A stretch of 32,000 nucleotides of DNA from Candidatus Syntropharchaeum caldarium (GCA_001766815.1 LYOS01000004.1:163610-195609), one strand, 5' to 3'; counted from the first letter of the stretch, positions 9,479-17,077 are shown. A program made the numbers and translations. Notes: generated by a model from the sequence alone, not told the origin.

Positions 9479-10223
9479 TACTTTCCTGGCGTTTCATGTG
9501 ATTGCACTGATCATATTCGCGCTTGGGATATATCTGAAAGTATCAACCTGGACAAAAGGGAATCTTCATGGTATCACGAAGCATAAGGAGATCGCATTTC
9601 TGAAATTAATTTTCGGTATCATCTTCAGCAAGCATATCATTGAGGTGATAAAGATCCTCATCCTTGATGTGATACTCCAGCGAAGGATCTTTCATCAGGA
9701 TAAAGTGAGATGGGTGATGCACACGCTCATCATCATCGGATTTCTTGGGTTGTTACTGATCGTTGAGCCATTTTCAATCATTTTCCATGGCACAGAGTTT
9801 GGTACGATCTATCCACAGGGTATATTCGCTGATTTCTTCGGTTTGCTCCTGCTCATGGGATTATCGATCGCGGTCTTGAGGAGGTTTATCCTGAAAGCAA
9901 AACAACTCAGAAGTAGTCTGGATGATACAATCTCACTCCTGCTTCTTTTTGTTGTTGTTGCAAGTGGATTTATCGTCGAGGCGGTGAGGTTCATCGATAT
10001 CAAGCCCACGATCGATGTGATCTATTCCTTCTTTGGATACTGGCTCTCAGGATTTGTAGCAAGTTCATGGTCGATCTATCACGATGATCTCTGGCTGATT
10101 CATGCGCTGATCTCAAGCGCATTTCTTGCGTATATTCCGTTCAGTAAGTTCTTCCACATAATTGCAACGCCGATCACGATCCTGATCAGTTCCTACGAAG
10201 AAGAGCACGGGAAGGTGATGTAG
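9456..10223 (+). CDS. hdrE: membrane b-type cytochrome of the NarI/HdrE/DsrM family
   Basis: 255 aa with about 5-6 hydrophobic helices. Conserved His in TM helices (VRWVMHTLIIIGF) and the C-terminal IPFSKFFHI motif typical of HdrE/DsrM/HmeC. It sits immediately upstream of, and is translationally coupled to, an HdrD-type gene. The size matches HdrE. The symbol is tentative; this could be a DsrM/Isp1-type paralogue. Confidence 0.65.
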   Translation: MVNEVYFNTFLAFHVIALIIFALGIYLKVSTWTKGNLHGITKHKEIAFLKLIFGIIFSKHIIEVIKILILDVILQRRIFHQDKVRWVMHTLIIIGFLGLLLIVEPFSIIFHGTEFGTIYPQGIFADFFGLLLLMGLSIAVLRRFILKAKQLRSSLDDTISLLLLFVVVASGFIVEAVRFIDIKPTIDVIYSFFGYWLSGFVASSWSIYHDDLWLIHALISSAFLAYIPFSKFFHIIATPITILISSYEEEHGKVM

Positions 10224-11495
10224 GTGAGTAAGCGAGAAAAAGCGATCAGTATCGATACCCTCAGCATGCGGCAACTGATCGAGTTTGATGCATGCACAAG
10301 ATGCGGCGAGTGTCTTGACCTCTGTCCAACATACTCGGTGAGCGAGGAGAACGAGGCGATCACACCACGAGGTAAGATCCAGAGCTTTAAAGATCTCATC
10401 CGATCACAGTACGGCCTGAGGGCGCGCATATTTGGTCCAAAACCGATAAGTCATGAAGATATGGTAAGGATCAGTGAAGCGATTTACATGTGCTCAACAT
10501 GTGGTCAGTGCAGGGTCGTATGTCCGTCAAAGATCGAAACCGTCGAGTTATGGGAGAGTGGATTGCGGCGTTTGCTCGTCAAAGAGGGTGTTGGTCCCCT
10601 GGAAGCACACGATCCCCTGATAAAGAGTATAAATAACTATGATAACCCATGGATGCAGCCACGCACGGCACGTGATAAATGGGCAAAACCACTGCAGAAA
10701 GCAGCAAAGAAGGCAAAACTCCCAAATCCTGTGAAGAACTTTGCAAAGGAAGGGGGAGAAATTCTGTACTTTGTGGGTTGCACAGCATCGTATGACGTGA
10801 ACCTCAAGCAGGTTGCGATAAACACATCAGAAATTCTGAACAAAGCAGGCGTTGACTTCGGGATCTTTGGTACAAAGGAGAAATGCTGTGGAAGCACCCT
10901 ACTTCGAATGGGTGATTGGGAGGGTTTTGAACGACTGGCAAAAGATAACATCGAGTTATTCAAGGAGCATAACGTCAGGACGATCATAACATCCTGTGCG
11001 GGCTGCTTCAAGACGATAAAAGAGGACTATGCACTGGTTGAGAAACTTGATATCAGGGTGATGCATACGGTTGAGCTACTGGAAGAGCTTATCAGGGATG
11101 GTCGGCTGAAGCTCACCGAGCCACTTGAGATGAAAGTCACATACCATGATCCCTGTCATCTTGGACGGCATACCGGTGTCTATGATGCACCAAGAAATGT
11201 TCTTGGGATGGTGCCAGGTATCGAGTTCGTTGAGATGGAGCGAAACAGGGAGAACTCGTACTGCTGTGGTGCGGGCGGTGGGCAGAAGACCGCATTCCCC
11301 GATATCGTGAAGAAGATATCAGAGGTGCGTGTGGATATGGCAGAAACGACCGGAGCATCAGTCATCGCTCATGCCTGTCCCTTCTGCTACCAGGGACTTG
11401 AGGCTGCGGTTAAGTCGAAGGGATCAGCCATTAAGAATATGGATATAACAGAGATCGTGAATATGTCTTCAGGAAAAGAAGAAAATTCCGATTAA
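10224..11495 (+). CDS. hdrD: HdrD/DsrK-type Fe-S protein with two CCG domains
   Basis: 423 aa. Two ferredoxin motifs (CTRCGECLDLCP, CSTCGQCRVVCP). Two CCG domains (VGCTASYD...KCCGS...SCAGCFK and HDPCHLGR...YCCGAGGG...ACPFCYQG). GTG start directly after the hdrE-like TAG, with an AAGGTGA SD. The symbol is tentative. Confidence 0.7.
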   Translation: MSKREKAISIDTLSMRQLIEFDACTRCGECLDLCPTYSVSEENEAITPRGKIQSFKDLIRSQYGLRARIFGPKPISHEDMVRISEAIYMCSTCGQCRVVCPSKIETVELWESGLRRLLVKEGVGPLEAHDPLIKSINNYDNPWMQPRTARDKWAKPLQKAAKKAKLPNPVKNFAKEGGEILYFVGCTASYDVNLKQVAINTSEILNKAGVDFGIFGTKEKCCGSTLLRMGDWEGFERLAKDNIELFKEHNVRTIITSCAGCFKTIKEDYALVEKLDIRVMHTVELLEELIRDGRLKLTEPLEMKVTYHDPCHLGRHTGVYDAPRNVLGMVPGIEFVEMERNRENSYCCGAGGGQKTAFPDIVKKISEVRVDMAETTGASVIAHACPFCYQGLEAAVKSKGSAIKNMDITEIVNMSSGKEENSD

Positions 11496-11502
11496 ACAAG
11501 AG

Positions 11503-12345
11503 GTGATTGGTTTGGTAGAGTATAATCCGGATATAGCATGGGAAGTTCCGAGCGATCCTTCATTGAAGGAGTTTCTGGAGCCGACTGAGTATAGCGATAT
11601 GGACAACCCACTTGTGAGGGATCTTGCATTGAGTATGGCAAGGAACGCCAGGCATCCGCGTGAGGTGGCGGTGAAGGTATGGAACTACATTGTTGATGAG
11701 ATAAAGTGGTGTTATGAACCCCCAAAACCTGTTCTGAAGGTGATTCAGGAGAAGTCGGGTAACTGTTTCAACAGGACAAACCTCCATGCATCCCTCCTTC
11801 GTATAAATGGTATTCCCGCAAGATACACGTATGAACAGGTCTACTCAAAGTTTGCAGGTATCGCGATCCCACCGAGCATCATTGAGCGATTGCCTGTTAA
11901 TGCTATAGTGCATATCACGCCCGAGGTTTACATCGACGGGAGATGGATCCAGTGCGATCAGTGGGCAGATCGTGACCTCATACCATATCTCTATCAGTGG
12001 AACGGTGTGGATGATCTCTGCGCACTTCCACCCGACTATGTATGGAAGAACCTTGGATACAGTCCTGGAATTCTCCTTGAGCCATTAAAAGCACAGTTCA
12101 AGAATGCAGGAATCACAAAGAAGTTCAGTCTCGAGAACGTCGATCCTTACACTGATTTTGTGCGAAGCCTGCCCTATGGAGAGAAAGTGAATTTATATGA
12201 AGGAATTCTTGGCAAAGAATACGCGGATAACTTTGCTCGCTATCTCTATATGAAGGCTGTGCCATTCAGAGAGACCGAATGCCCGGATATAAAGCCATCT
12301 GAGCCGAGCAGGCTTCCAATACAGGATAGCATCATACCAAGATGA
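11503..12345 (+). CDS. transglutaminase-like cysteine protease-fold protein
   Basis: 280 aa. Catalytic-Cys context SGNCFNRTNLHASLLRINGIPARY, then HITPEVYIDGRWIQCD (His/Asp of the transglutaminase core). The start is ambiguous: GTG at 11503 lies inside the SD, and TTG at 11512 lies 5 nt after GAGGTGA. Confidence 0.6.
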   Translation: MIGLVEYNPDIAWEVPSDPSLKEFLEPTEYSDMDNPLVRDLALSMARNARHPREVAVKVWNYIVDEIKWCYEPPKPVLKVIQEKSGNCFNRTNLHASLLRINGIPARYTYEQVYSKFAGIAIPPSIIERLPVNAIVHITPEVYIDGRWIQCDQWADRDLIPYLYQWNGVDDLCALPPDYVWKNLGYSPGILLEPLKAQFKNAGITKKFSLENVDPYTDFVRSLPYGEKVNLYEGILGKEYADNFARYLYMKAVPFRETECPDIKPSEPSRLPIQDSIIPR

Positions 12346-12361
12346 AGAGGCGATAGTAAGA

Positions 12362-13003
12362 ATGAGTGATCTAAGTAACCGTCTGAAGATTTATCTCCTT
12401 GAAGAAGGAGCAGACCTTGTCGGCATCACCTCGGCTGATAGCTTTGAGAGCGCACTTGAGGGCTGTAAACCCACCGATATCCTGGAAGATGCAAGGAGTG
12501 TGATCACGATGGCAGTTAGTGTGAATGCAGCAGGTGTCGAGAAAGCTAAGGCAATGGCTGCCTGGCGTGGAAAAGTTTTTCCGCTGGATGAGCTTGCGTT
12601 CAAGGCATCCCGTCTCCTATTCAGGGAGGGTTACAAGGCGATAGTCGTTCCCTCAGCCACGCACTCCGCCTTTCAGGCGCTCAAAGGAGAGATTTCGCAC
12701 AAGCATGCAGCCGTGATGTCAGGACTTGGGTGCATTGGCAAGTGCAGTCTGCTTGTAACACCAAGGTTTGGCACGAGAGTTGCACTGATATCTGTTATAA
12801 CCGACGCCATGCTCACGCCAGATGAGGCGTTCGAGGGTGACCTCTGTGGAGACTGCAGCGTCTGCATCGATGTCTGCCCTGTGGAGGGGACGATCAATGA
12901 GGAGAAGAAGGACGGTTACTACATGATCATGAAGGCACAGTGCGTGAAGTGTTATAAGTGCTACACGAGCTGTCCTGTTGGGATGGATGAGGTTGGACAC
13001 TGA
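12362..13003 (+). CDS. QueG/reductive-dehalogenase-like Fe-S protein (short form)
   Basis: 213 aa. The N-terminus LEEGADLVGITSADSFE resembles epoxyqueuosine-reductase-family N-termini. The C-terminus has CGDCSVCIDVCP and CVKCYKCYTSCP 4Fe-4S motifs. Confidence 0.5.
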   Translation: MSDLSNRLKIYLLEEGADLVGITSADSFESALEGCKPTDILEDARSVITMAVSVNAAGVEKAKAMAAWRGKVFPLDELAFKASRLLFREGYKAIVVPSATHSAFQALKGEISHKHAAVMSGLGCIGKCSLLVTPRFGTRVALISVITDAMLTPDEAFEGDLCGDCSVCIDVCPVEGTINEEKKDGYYMIMKAQCVKCYKCYTSCPVGMDEVGH

Positions 13004-13009
13004 AACTGC

Positions 13010-13056
13010 TTTTTTAATTAAATATACGTATGAAAGGGGTTAAAATAAAACCCCTT
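13010..13056. terminator. bidirectional terminator candidate between convergent genes
   Basis: T6 run at 13010-13015 just after the plus-strand stop. Hairpin AAGGGGTT (13034-13041) / AACCCCTT (13049-13056) with a 7-nt A-rich loop. The right arm overlaps the CBS gene stop. Confidence 0.4.
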
Positions 13057-13513
13057 ACATACCACCAAAATCGGTTGTGACCCCGCGCCAATCTCGTGCG
13101 TAGATTGCAGCTTCAGCAAACTTCTGTACCGCTGCTTCTGCTGCTTTATCCTCGCTCGTGAGTAGTGATCTTGCAGTGATAATCCCAATTATTTTTCCTT
13201 TCTCTGTTACAAGTATTCTTCTTAGGTTTTTCCCACCAAGAACCCTCGCAGCCTCCTCTACAGGTGCATCTGCTTCGATCGTCACAAGATATCTCGACAT
13301 AACCTCGCTCATCGGTACTTCACTCGCTTTTTTATCTGCTGCCACGACGTTTATCGCGATATCCCTGCCTGTTGCAATTCCAACAGGCTCACCAGACTTT
13401 GTGACGACAATTGCACCTATCTTCTTCTCTTTCATTATTGCAGCGGCTCTGTCGGCGGTTGTTTCCACATCACACGAGATGATTGGGCTTGACATGATCT
13501 CACGAACTTTCAT
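13055..13513 (-). CDS. CBS domain-pair protein
   Basis: 152 aa. Two CBS repeats (MSSPIISCDVETTADRAAAIMKEKKIGAIVV... and VMSRYLVTIEADAPVEEAARVLGGKNLRRILV...). GGAGGT SD upstream. Confidence 0.8.
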   Translation of the reverse strand: MKVREIMSSPIISCDVETTADRAAAIMKEKKIGAIVVTKSGEPVGIATGRDIAINVVAADKKASEVPMSEVMSRYLVTIEADAPVEEAARVLGGKNLRRILVTEKGKIIGIITARSLLTSEDKAAEAAVQKFAEAAIYARDWRGVTTDFGGM

Positions 13514-13633
13514 TTATCCAGACCTCCACTATTAATTATTATGTTATGCTCGACCTACAACTTTATATAACTATCGATAATACTGAAACCTTAAAGTTAG
13601 AAAAGTATTTTTGTTAAATTATAAATAAAAGTG

Positions 13634-13654
13634 GATGCATCATCAAGATGCATC
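13634..13654 (-). terminator. hairpin + T-rich tract downstream of the cytochrome c gene
   Basis: GATGCATC (13634-13641), ATCAA loop, GATGCATC (13647-13654). The 8-mer is self-complementary, so the two copies form an 8-bp stem. On the minus strand it is followed by CACTTTTATTTATAATTT. Confidence 0.35.
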
Positions 13655-13679
13655 ACTACTTCAAAAAGGGAAAAAGTGT

Positions 13680-14069
13680 CTATTTATGGCACTCACTATC
13701 CATACATCCCAAATCGCTGTGTCCTACTCCTCCCTTATCGGGGTGAACATTCGTATCCACACCCGAACCATGGCATTGTGTGCAACTTTCTACATACTGC
13801 GATATGTGATCCTCTTTATCTGCATGGCACTTTATACAGTTTGCCCAGTGACCTGATGGCTCAGCAGCCCCTGGGGTTACGGTTGGTGTTACTGTTGGTG
13901 CTGGTGTAGGAGTTGGGGTTGGAGCTGGTGGCGCCTCCTCCCCGAGACATCCTGCCATGAGCACAAGTGATACCACAATGGTTGCGATGATCAGTCTCCT
14001 CATAGCTTCACCTCTCTGTATGCAGCATCCATCTTCGTTGCGATATTTTTTTGTCATATTAGATCCCAT
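13680..14069 (-). CDS. small tri-haem c-type cytochrome, lipoprotein-type signal
   Basis: Two CxxCH motifs (CIKCH, CTQCH) and one CxxxxCH (CMDSECH) within about 55 residues, plus four further His as candidate distal ligands. Signal MRRLIIATIVVSLVLMAGC has a lipobox-like LMAGC, followed by the Pro/Thr linker APPAPTPTPTPAPTVTPTVTP. There are two candidate starts. ATG 14069 has leaderless-type spacing from a TATA box and conserved first codons. ATG 14003 lies 5 nt after a GAGGTGA SD and would give 108 aa. Confidence 0.75.
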   Translation of the reverse strand: MGSNMTKKYRNEDGCCIQRGEAMRRLIIATIVVSLVLMAGCLGEEAPPAPTPTPTPAPTVTPTVTPGAAEPSGHWANCIKCHADKEDHISQYVESCTQCHGSGVDTNVHPDKGGVGHSDLGCMDSECHK

Positions 14070-14098
14070 TTAAATCTTTATCTTCACATTATATATAT
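14070..14098 (-). promoter_or_regulatory. TATA-box promoter module of the cytochrome c gene (copy A of a duplicated module)
   Basis: The minus strand reads ATATATATAATGTGAAGATAAAGATTTAA followed by ATG (14069). The A/T octamer lies 22-29 nt upstream of the ATG, the spacing expected for a leaderless archaeal mRNA. Near-identical to 23320-23348. Confidence 0.45.
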
Positions 14099-14203
14099 GT
14101 TGGCATACTTTTCTTCAACATTTAATATTCTCTGGTGCATTCGCCAACCTCATACCGTAGAATAACTCTTTTACCATTATATCATATACCTTTATAGAGC
14201 ATG

Positions 14204-14224
14204 GTCTCATAGAAATGATGAGAC
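14204..14224 (+). promoter_or_regulatory. inverted repeat between the putative hypE TATA box and its start codon
   Basis: GTCTCAT (14204-14210), 7-nt spacer, ATGAGAC (14218-14224). A TTTATAGA TATA-like element lies at 14191-14198 and the hypE ATG at 14250. Confidence 0.25.
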
Positions 14225-14249
14225 GATATGTAAAAGAGGGATCACCAGA

Positions 14250-15317
14250 ATGATGAATTCAAGACATATCACGATAGCCCACGGCGCTGGCGGAGAGACG
14301 ATGCAGGAATTGATTAAAGGCACCATTCTGAGGTATCTCAGCGATCAGAAACAGGCAAAAAAGGTTGCTGTTCCCCTGGAAGCACTGGATGACTCTGCAG
14401 TTATAGACGATATTGTCTTCACGATAGATTCGCATACTGTTACACCGTTGTTTTTTCCTGGTGGTGATATTGGGAGCCTGGCTGTGAGTGGAACGATAAA
14501 CGACATCGCAGTAATGGGTGCTGAGCCAATTGCTTTATCGTCTGCTTTTGTCATCGAAGAAGGCTTTCTTTTTGATAAACTGGAAAAGATTTTAGAAAGT
14601 ATGTGCAGAACATGTGTGCAGGCTGGTGTTCCGATAATCACGGGTGACACAAAGGTGATGGAGAGTGGTGCTATTGAGAAGTTGACAATCACAACTTCTG
14701 CAATTGGAAGAAGAACTGAAATATTAGAGGAAAACCTGAGTGAAGTTAAAAAGTACAGAAAATTAAACGAGAGATGGGTGAGAGACTGCAATCTGAAAGA
14801 TGGAGATAGAATAATTGTTTCTGGGACGATTGGGGATCATGGGATCTCTTTAATCTCTTTCAGAGAGGGGTACGGTTTTGAGAGCGAAGTTCAATCAGAT
14901 ATCACGCCTCTGAACAGGATGATTGAAGAGGCACTGAAGGTGGGTGGTATCGTCTCGATGAAAGACCCAACAAGAGGAGGGCTGGCGAATGCGTTGAACG
15001 AACTGAGCGAAAAATCGAGTGTTGGAATTTTGATAGAAGAAGAGAAAGTTCCGATAAGAGAAGCTGTTAGATCGGCATGTGAGATGCTGGGGATGGATGC
15101 GTTGGAGATAGGAAATGAGGGAAAGGTTGTGATGGGTGTGGTAAAAGAAAAGGCAGAAGAGGTTTTAAAGTCATTGAGAAAGACAGAAGAAGGGAAGGAT
15201 GCAGAAATTATAGGCGTTGCAACGAAAAAAATCAAAGGTGTGGTGATGGAAACGAGTGTTGGTGGGAAAAGGATAGTAGAGGCGCCTGCTGGAGATCCTG
15301 TGCCGAGGATATGCTAA
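14250..15317 (+). CDS. hypE: hydrogenase maturation protein HypE (carbamoyl dehydratase)
   Basis: 355 aa with a PurM/AIR-synthase-like fold signature (HGAGG, DDSAV, TGDTKV). The C-terminus ends in the diagnostic PRIC motif. Confidence 0.92.
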   Translation: MMNSRHITIAHGAGGETMQELIKGTILRYLSDQKQAKKVAVPLEALDDSAVIDDIVFTIDSHTVTPLFFPGGDIGSLAVSGTINDIAVMGAEPIALSSAFVIEEGFLFDKLEKILESMCRTCVQAGVPIITGDTKVMESGAIEKLTITTSAIGRRTEILEENLSEVKKYRKLNERWVRDCNLKDGDRIIVSGTIGDHGISLISFREGYGFESEVQSDITPLNRMIEEALKVGGIVSMKDPTRGGLANALNELSEKSSVGILIEEEKVPIREAVRSACEMLGMDALEIGNEGKVVMGVVKEKAEEVLKSLRKTEEGKDAEIIGVATKKIKGVVMETSVGGKRIVEAPAGDPVPRIC

Positions 15318-16387
15318 CGTCCATGCCTCAACAGTATATTACAACTCCCTTCTCTGGATACCATACAGGGTCCAACAGGATGCTGAGGTGTGCAGGCTCC
15401 TCCAAAAAGTGGACACTCATCAGAATAGATGATTCCTCGCAGAACTTCTCCGCATTTGCACCCCTCTGGCTCTTTAAACTCTCTTTGCTGCAGTTCTTTT
15501 AACTCATCCTCAAATCGTTTTCTTGAATCGTATCTCTCAAATTCCTCTTTTAACGAGAAGCCACTCTCTGGTATAACAGAAAAACCTCTCCAGCCAAGAT
15601 CACTTTGCCTGAAAACCTCGTCCATCACCTTCAGTGCTTTCTTATTTCCTTCCTCTTTAACCACTCTTGTGTATTCATTTTCCACCCTTGCTTCGCCATT
15701 TTTTATCTGCCTGGCGATCATGTACACGCCCATTAACAGATCCAGTGGCTCAAATCCAGCGATTACCTGTGGAACGTTGAATTTTTGAGAGATGAGCTCA
15801 TAAGGCTTTGTTCCTATGATCGTACTCACATGCCCAGGGTCTATGAAACCATCGATCTTCAGCTCGCCCATTTTGAGCAGGACTTCCATCGCGGGTGGGA
15901 TTGCCCTGTGGCATGTCAAAACAGAGAAATTTTCGGGCGGGTTGTTTAGGATGGTAGAGGCAGTGGACGGAGCAGTGGTCTCAAATCCTATCGCCATGAA
16001 CACAAGATCTTTCTCTATCTTTTTTGCGATCTCGATGCTCTCATTTATGCTGTACACCGTTCTTATGTCACAACCCTCTGCTTTTGCATCAAAAAGCGAG
16101 CCATTCTCGCCTGGAACACGCAGCATGTCTCCAAAGGTTGCTATCGTCTTCCCTTTCATCGCTAAAGTAATCGCTTCATCAATCTCCATAGGTGTTGTAA
16201 CACAGACCGGACAACCCGGTCCCTGTCTGATCTCAACACCAGCATCACACAAGAGATCACTCAGTCCAAACCTGACCAGTGTGTCCTGATGTGTGCCACA
16301 GACATGCATGATCCTGATCTCCAGATTGAGCTCTTTCAATCGCTCTAAAATCCTTTTTGCGATATCTTTCTCCCGGTATCTAAACAT
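15314..16387 (-). CDS. hypD: hydrogenase maturation protein HypD
   Basis: 357 aa. HVCGTHQD, GPGCPVCVT, GFETTAP and DPGHVS motifs, and C-terminal CxxH-type cysteines. Its stop overlaps the hypE stop on the opposite strand. Confidence 0.92.
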   Translation of the reverse strand: MFRYREKDIAKRILERLKELNLEIRIMHVCGTHQDTLVRFGLSDLLCDAGVEIRQGPGCPVCVTTPMEIDEAITLAMKGKTIATFGDMLRVPGENGSLFDAKAEGCDIRTVYSINESIEIAKKIEKDLVFMAIGFETTAPSTASTILNNPPENFSVLTCHRAIPPAMEVLLKMGELKIDGFIDPGHVSTIIGTKPYELISQKFNVPQVIAGFEPLDLLMGVYMIARQIKNGEARVENEYTRVVKEEGNKKALKVMDEVFRQSDLGWRGFSVIPESGFSLKEEFERYDSRKRFEDELKELQQREFKEPEGCKCGEVLRGIIYSDECPLFGGACTPQHPVGPCMVSREGSCNILLRHGR

Positions 16388-16390
16388 CTA

Positions 16391-16765
16391 TCAACCCTCT
16401 ACCTCTACCACAATATTCTTTATTTTACACTCGTTTCCACCAACTATTTTAACGGAGGCACCACATGCTGGACATGTTAGCTTTGGGAAGATGTGAAGCG
16501 ATAAATCCTTTTCGTAATCAATTTCACCCTCATATTCACAGCTATTACAGCTAACCATGGCCTTCTTCTCTTCGATGATCAGTTCAGATCTCTCTAATAT
16601 AGAATTTCTGGATAAGACCTCATAGGCGAACTCCATCTGCTCTCTTCCGAAAAGCGTAAGCTCCCCTATCTCCAGGTGAACTTCTTTCACATCAGTTACA
16701 CTGTGCTTTTTCACCTCTTCCAATACAACATCCACAATTTGTGCCATTGTTGAAAATTCGTGCAT
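16391..16765 (-). CDS. hypA: hydrogenase nickel-insertion protein HypA
   Basis: The canonical N-terminus MHEFS (the Met1-His2-Glu3 Ni site) begins at ATG 16765. Zn-finger motifs CNSC...CPAC. The track ORF extends to a GTG at 16789, adding eight residues that would destroy the N-terminal Ni site. Confidence 0.85.
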   Translation of the reverse strand: MHEFSTMAQIVDVVLEEVKKHSVTDVKEVHLEIGELTLFGREQMEFAYEVLSRNSILERSELIIEEKKAMVSCNSCEYEGEIDYEKDLSLHIFPKLTCPACGASVKIVGGNECKIKNIVVEVEG

Positions 16766-16807
16766 GTTCACGCTACGGGTCGAAAACACCCGGTATTCCC
16801 ATCATAT

Positions 16808-17047
16808 TCAAAACTCCTCCCTTAAAACACCAACTCGATCCTCCAAAAGATCTCTCCACAGATCTAAAGTCTCCTTTGCCCCCTCTTCATCGATCACCTC
16901 TATCGCAAAACCAGCATGGACGATTACGTATTCCCCGGGTTTAACATCAACCAGTGATACGTTAACAGTCTGTAAAACCCCCCCAAAATCCACTCTCGCA
17001 TCGTTACCATCGATCTCCACGACTTTTCCTGGAACCGCAAGGCACAT
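16808..17047 (-). CDS. hypC: hydrogenase assembly chaperone HypC/HupF family
   Basis: 79 aa with the diagnostic N-terminus MCLAVPGKVVEI (essential Cys2). Confidence 0.92.
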   Translation of the reverse strand: MCLAVPGKVVEIDGNDARVDFGGVLQTVNVSLVDVKPGEYVIVHAGFAIEVIDEEGAKETLDLWRDLLEDRVGVLREEF

Positions 17048-17077
17048 AAATAAACCTCCATCCTGTCTGTTATATAT

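Noticed and set aside
13634-13654. Tandem self-complementary GATGCATC octamers, considered as a transcription-factor operator
   Set aside because: They lie downstream of the cytochrome c stop and are followed by a T-rich tract on the coding strand. This fits a terminator-type hairpin better than an operator, so it is recorded as a low-confidence terminator instead.
16766-16789. Eight-codon N-terminal extension of HypA from a GTG at 16789 (the track ORF start)
   Set aside because: The HypA nickel site requires the free Met1-His2-Glu3 N-terminus. MHEFS starts at ATG 16765, so the extension is most likely untranslated.
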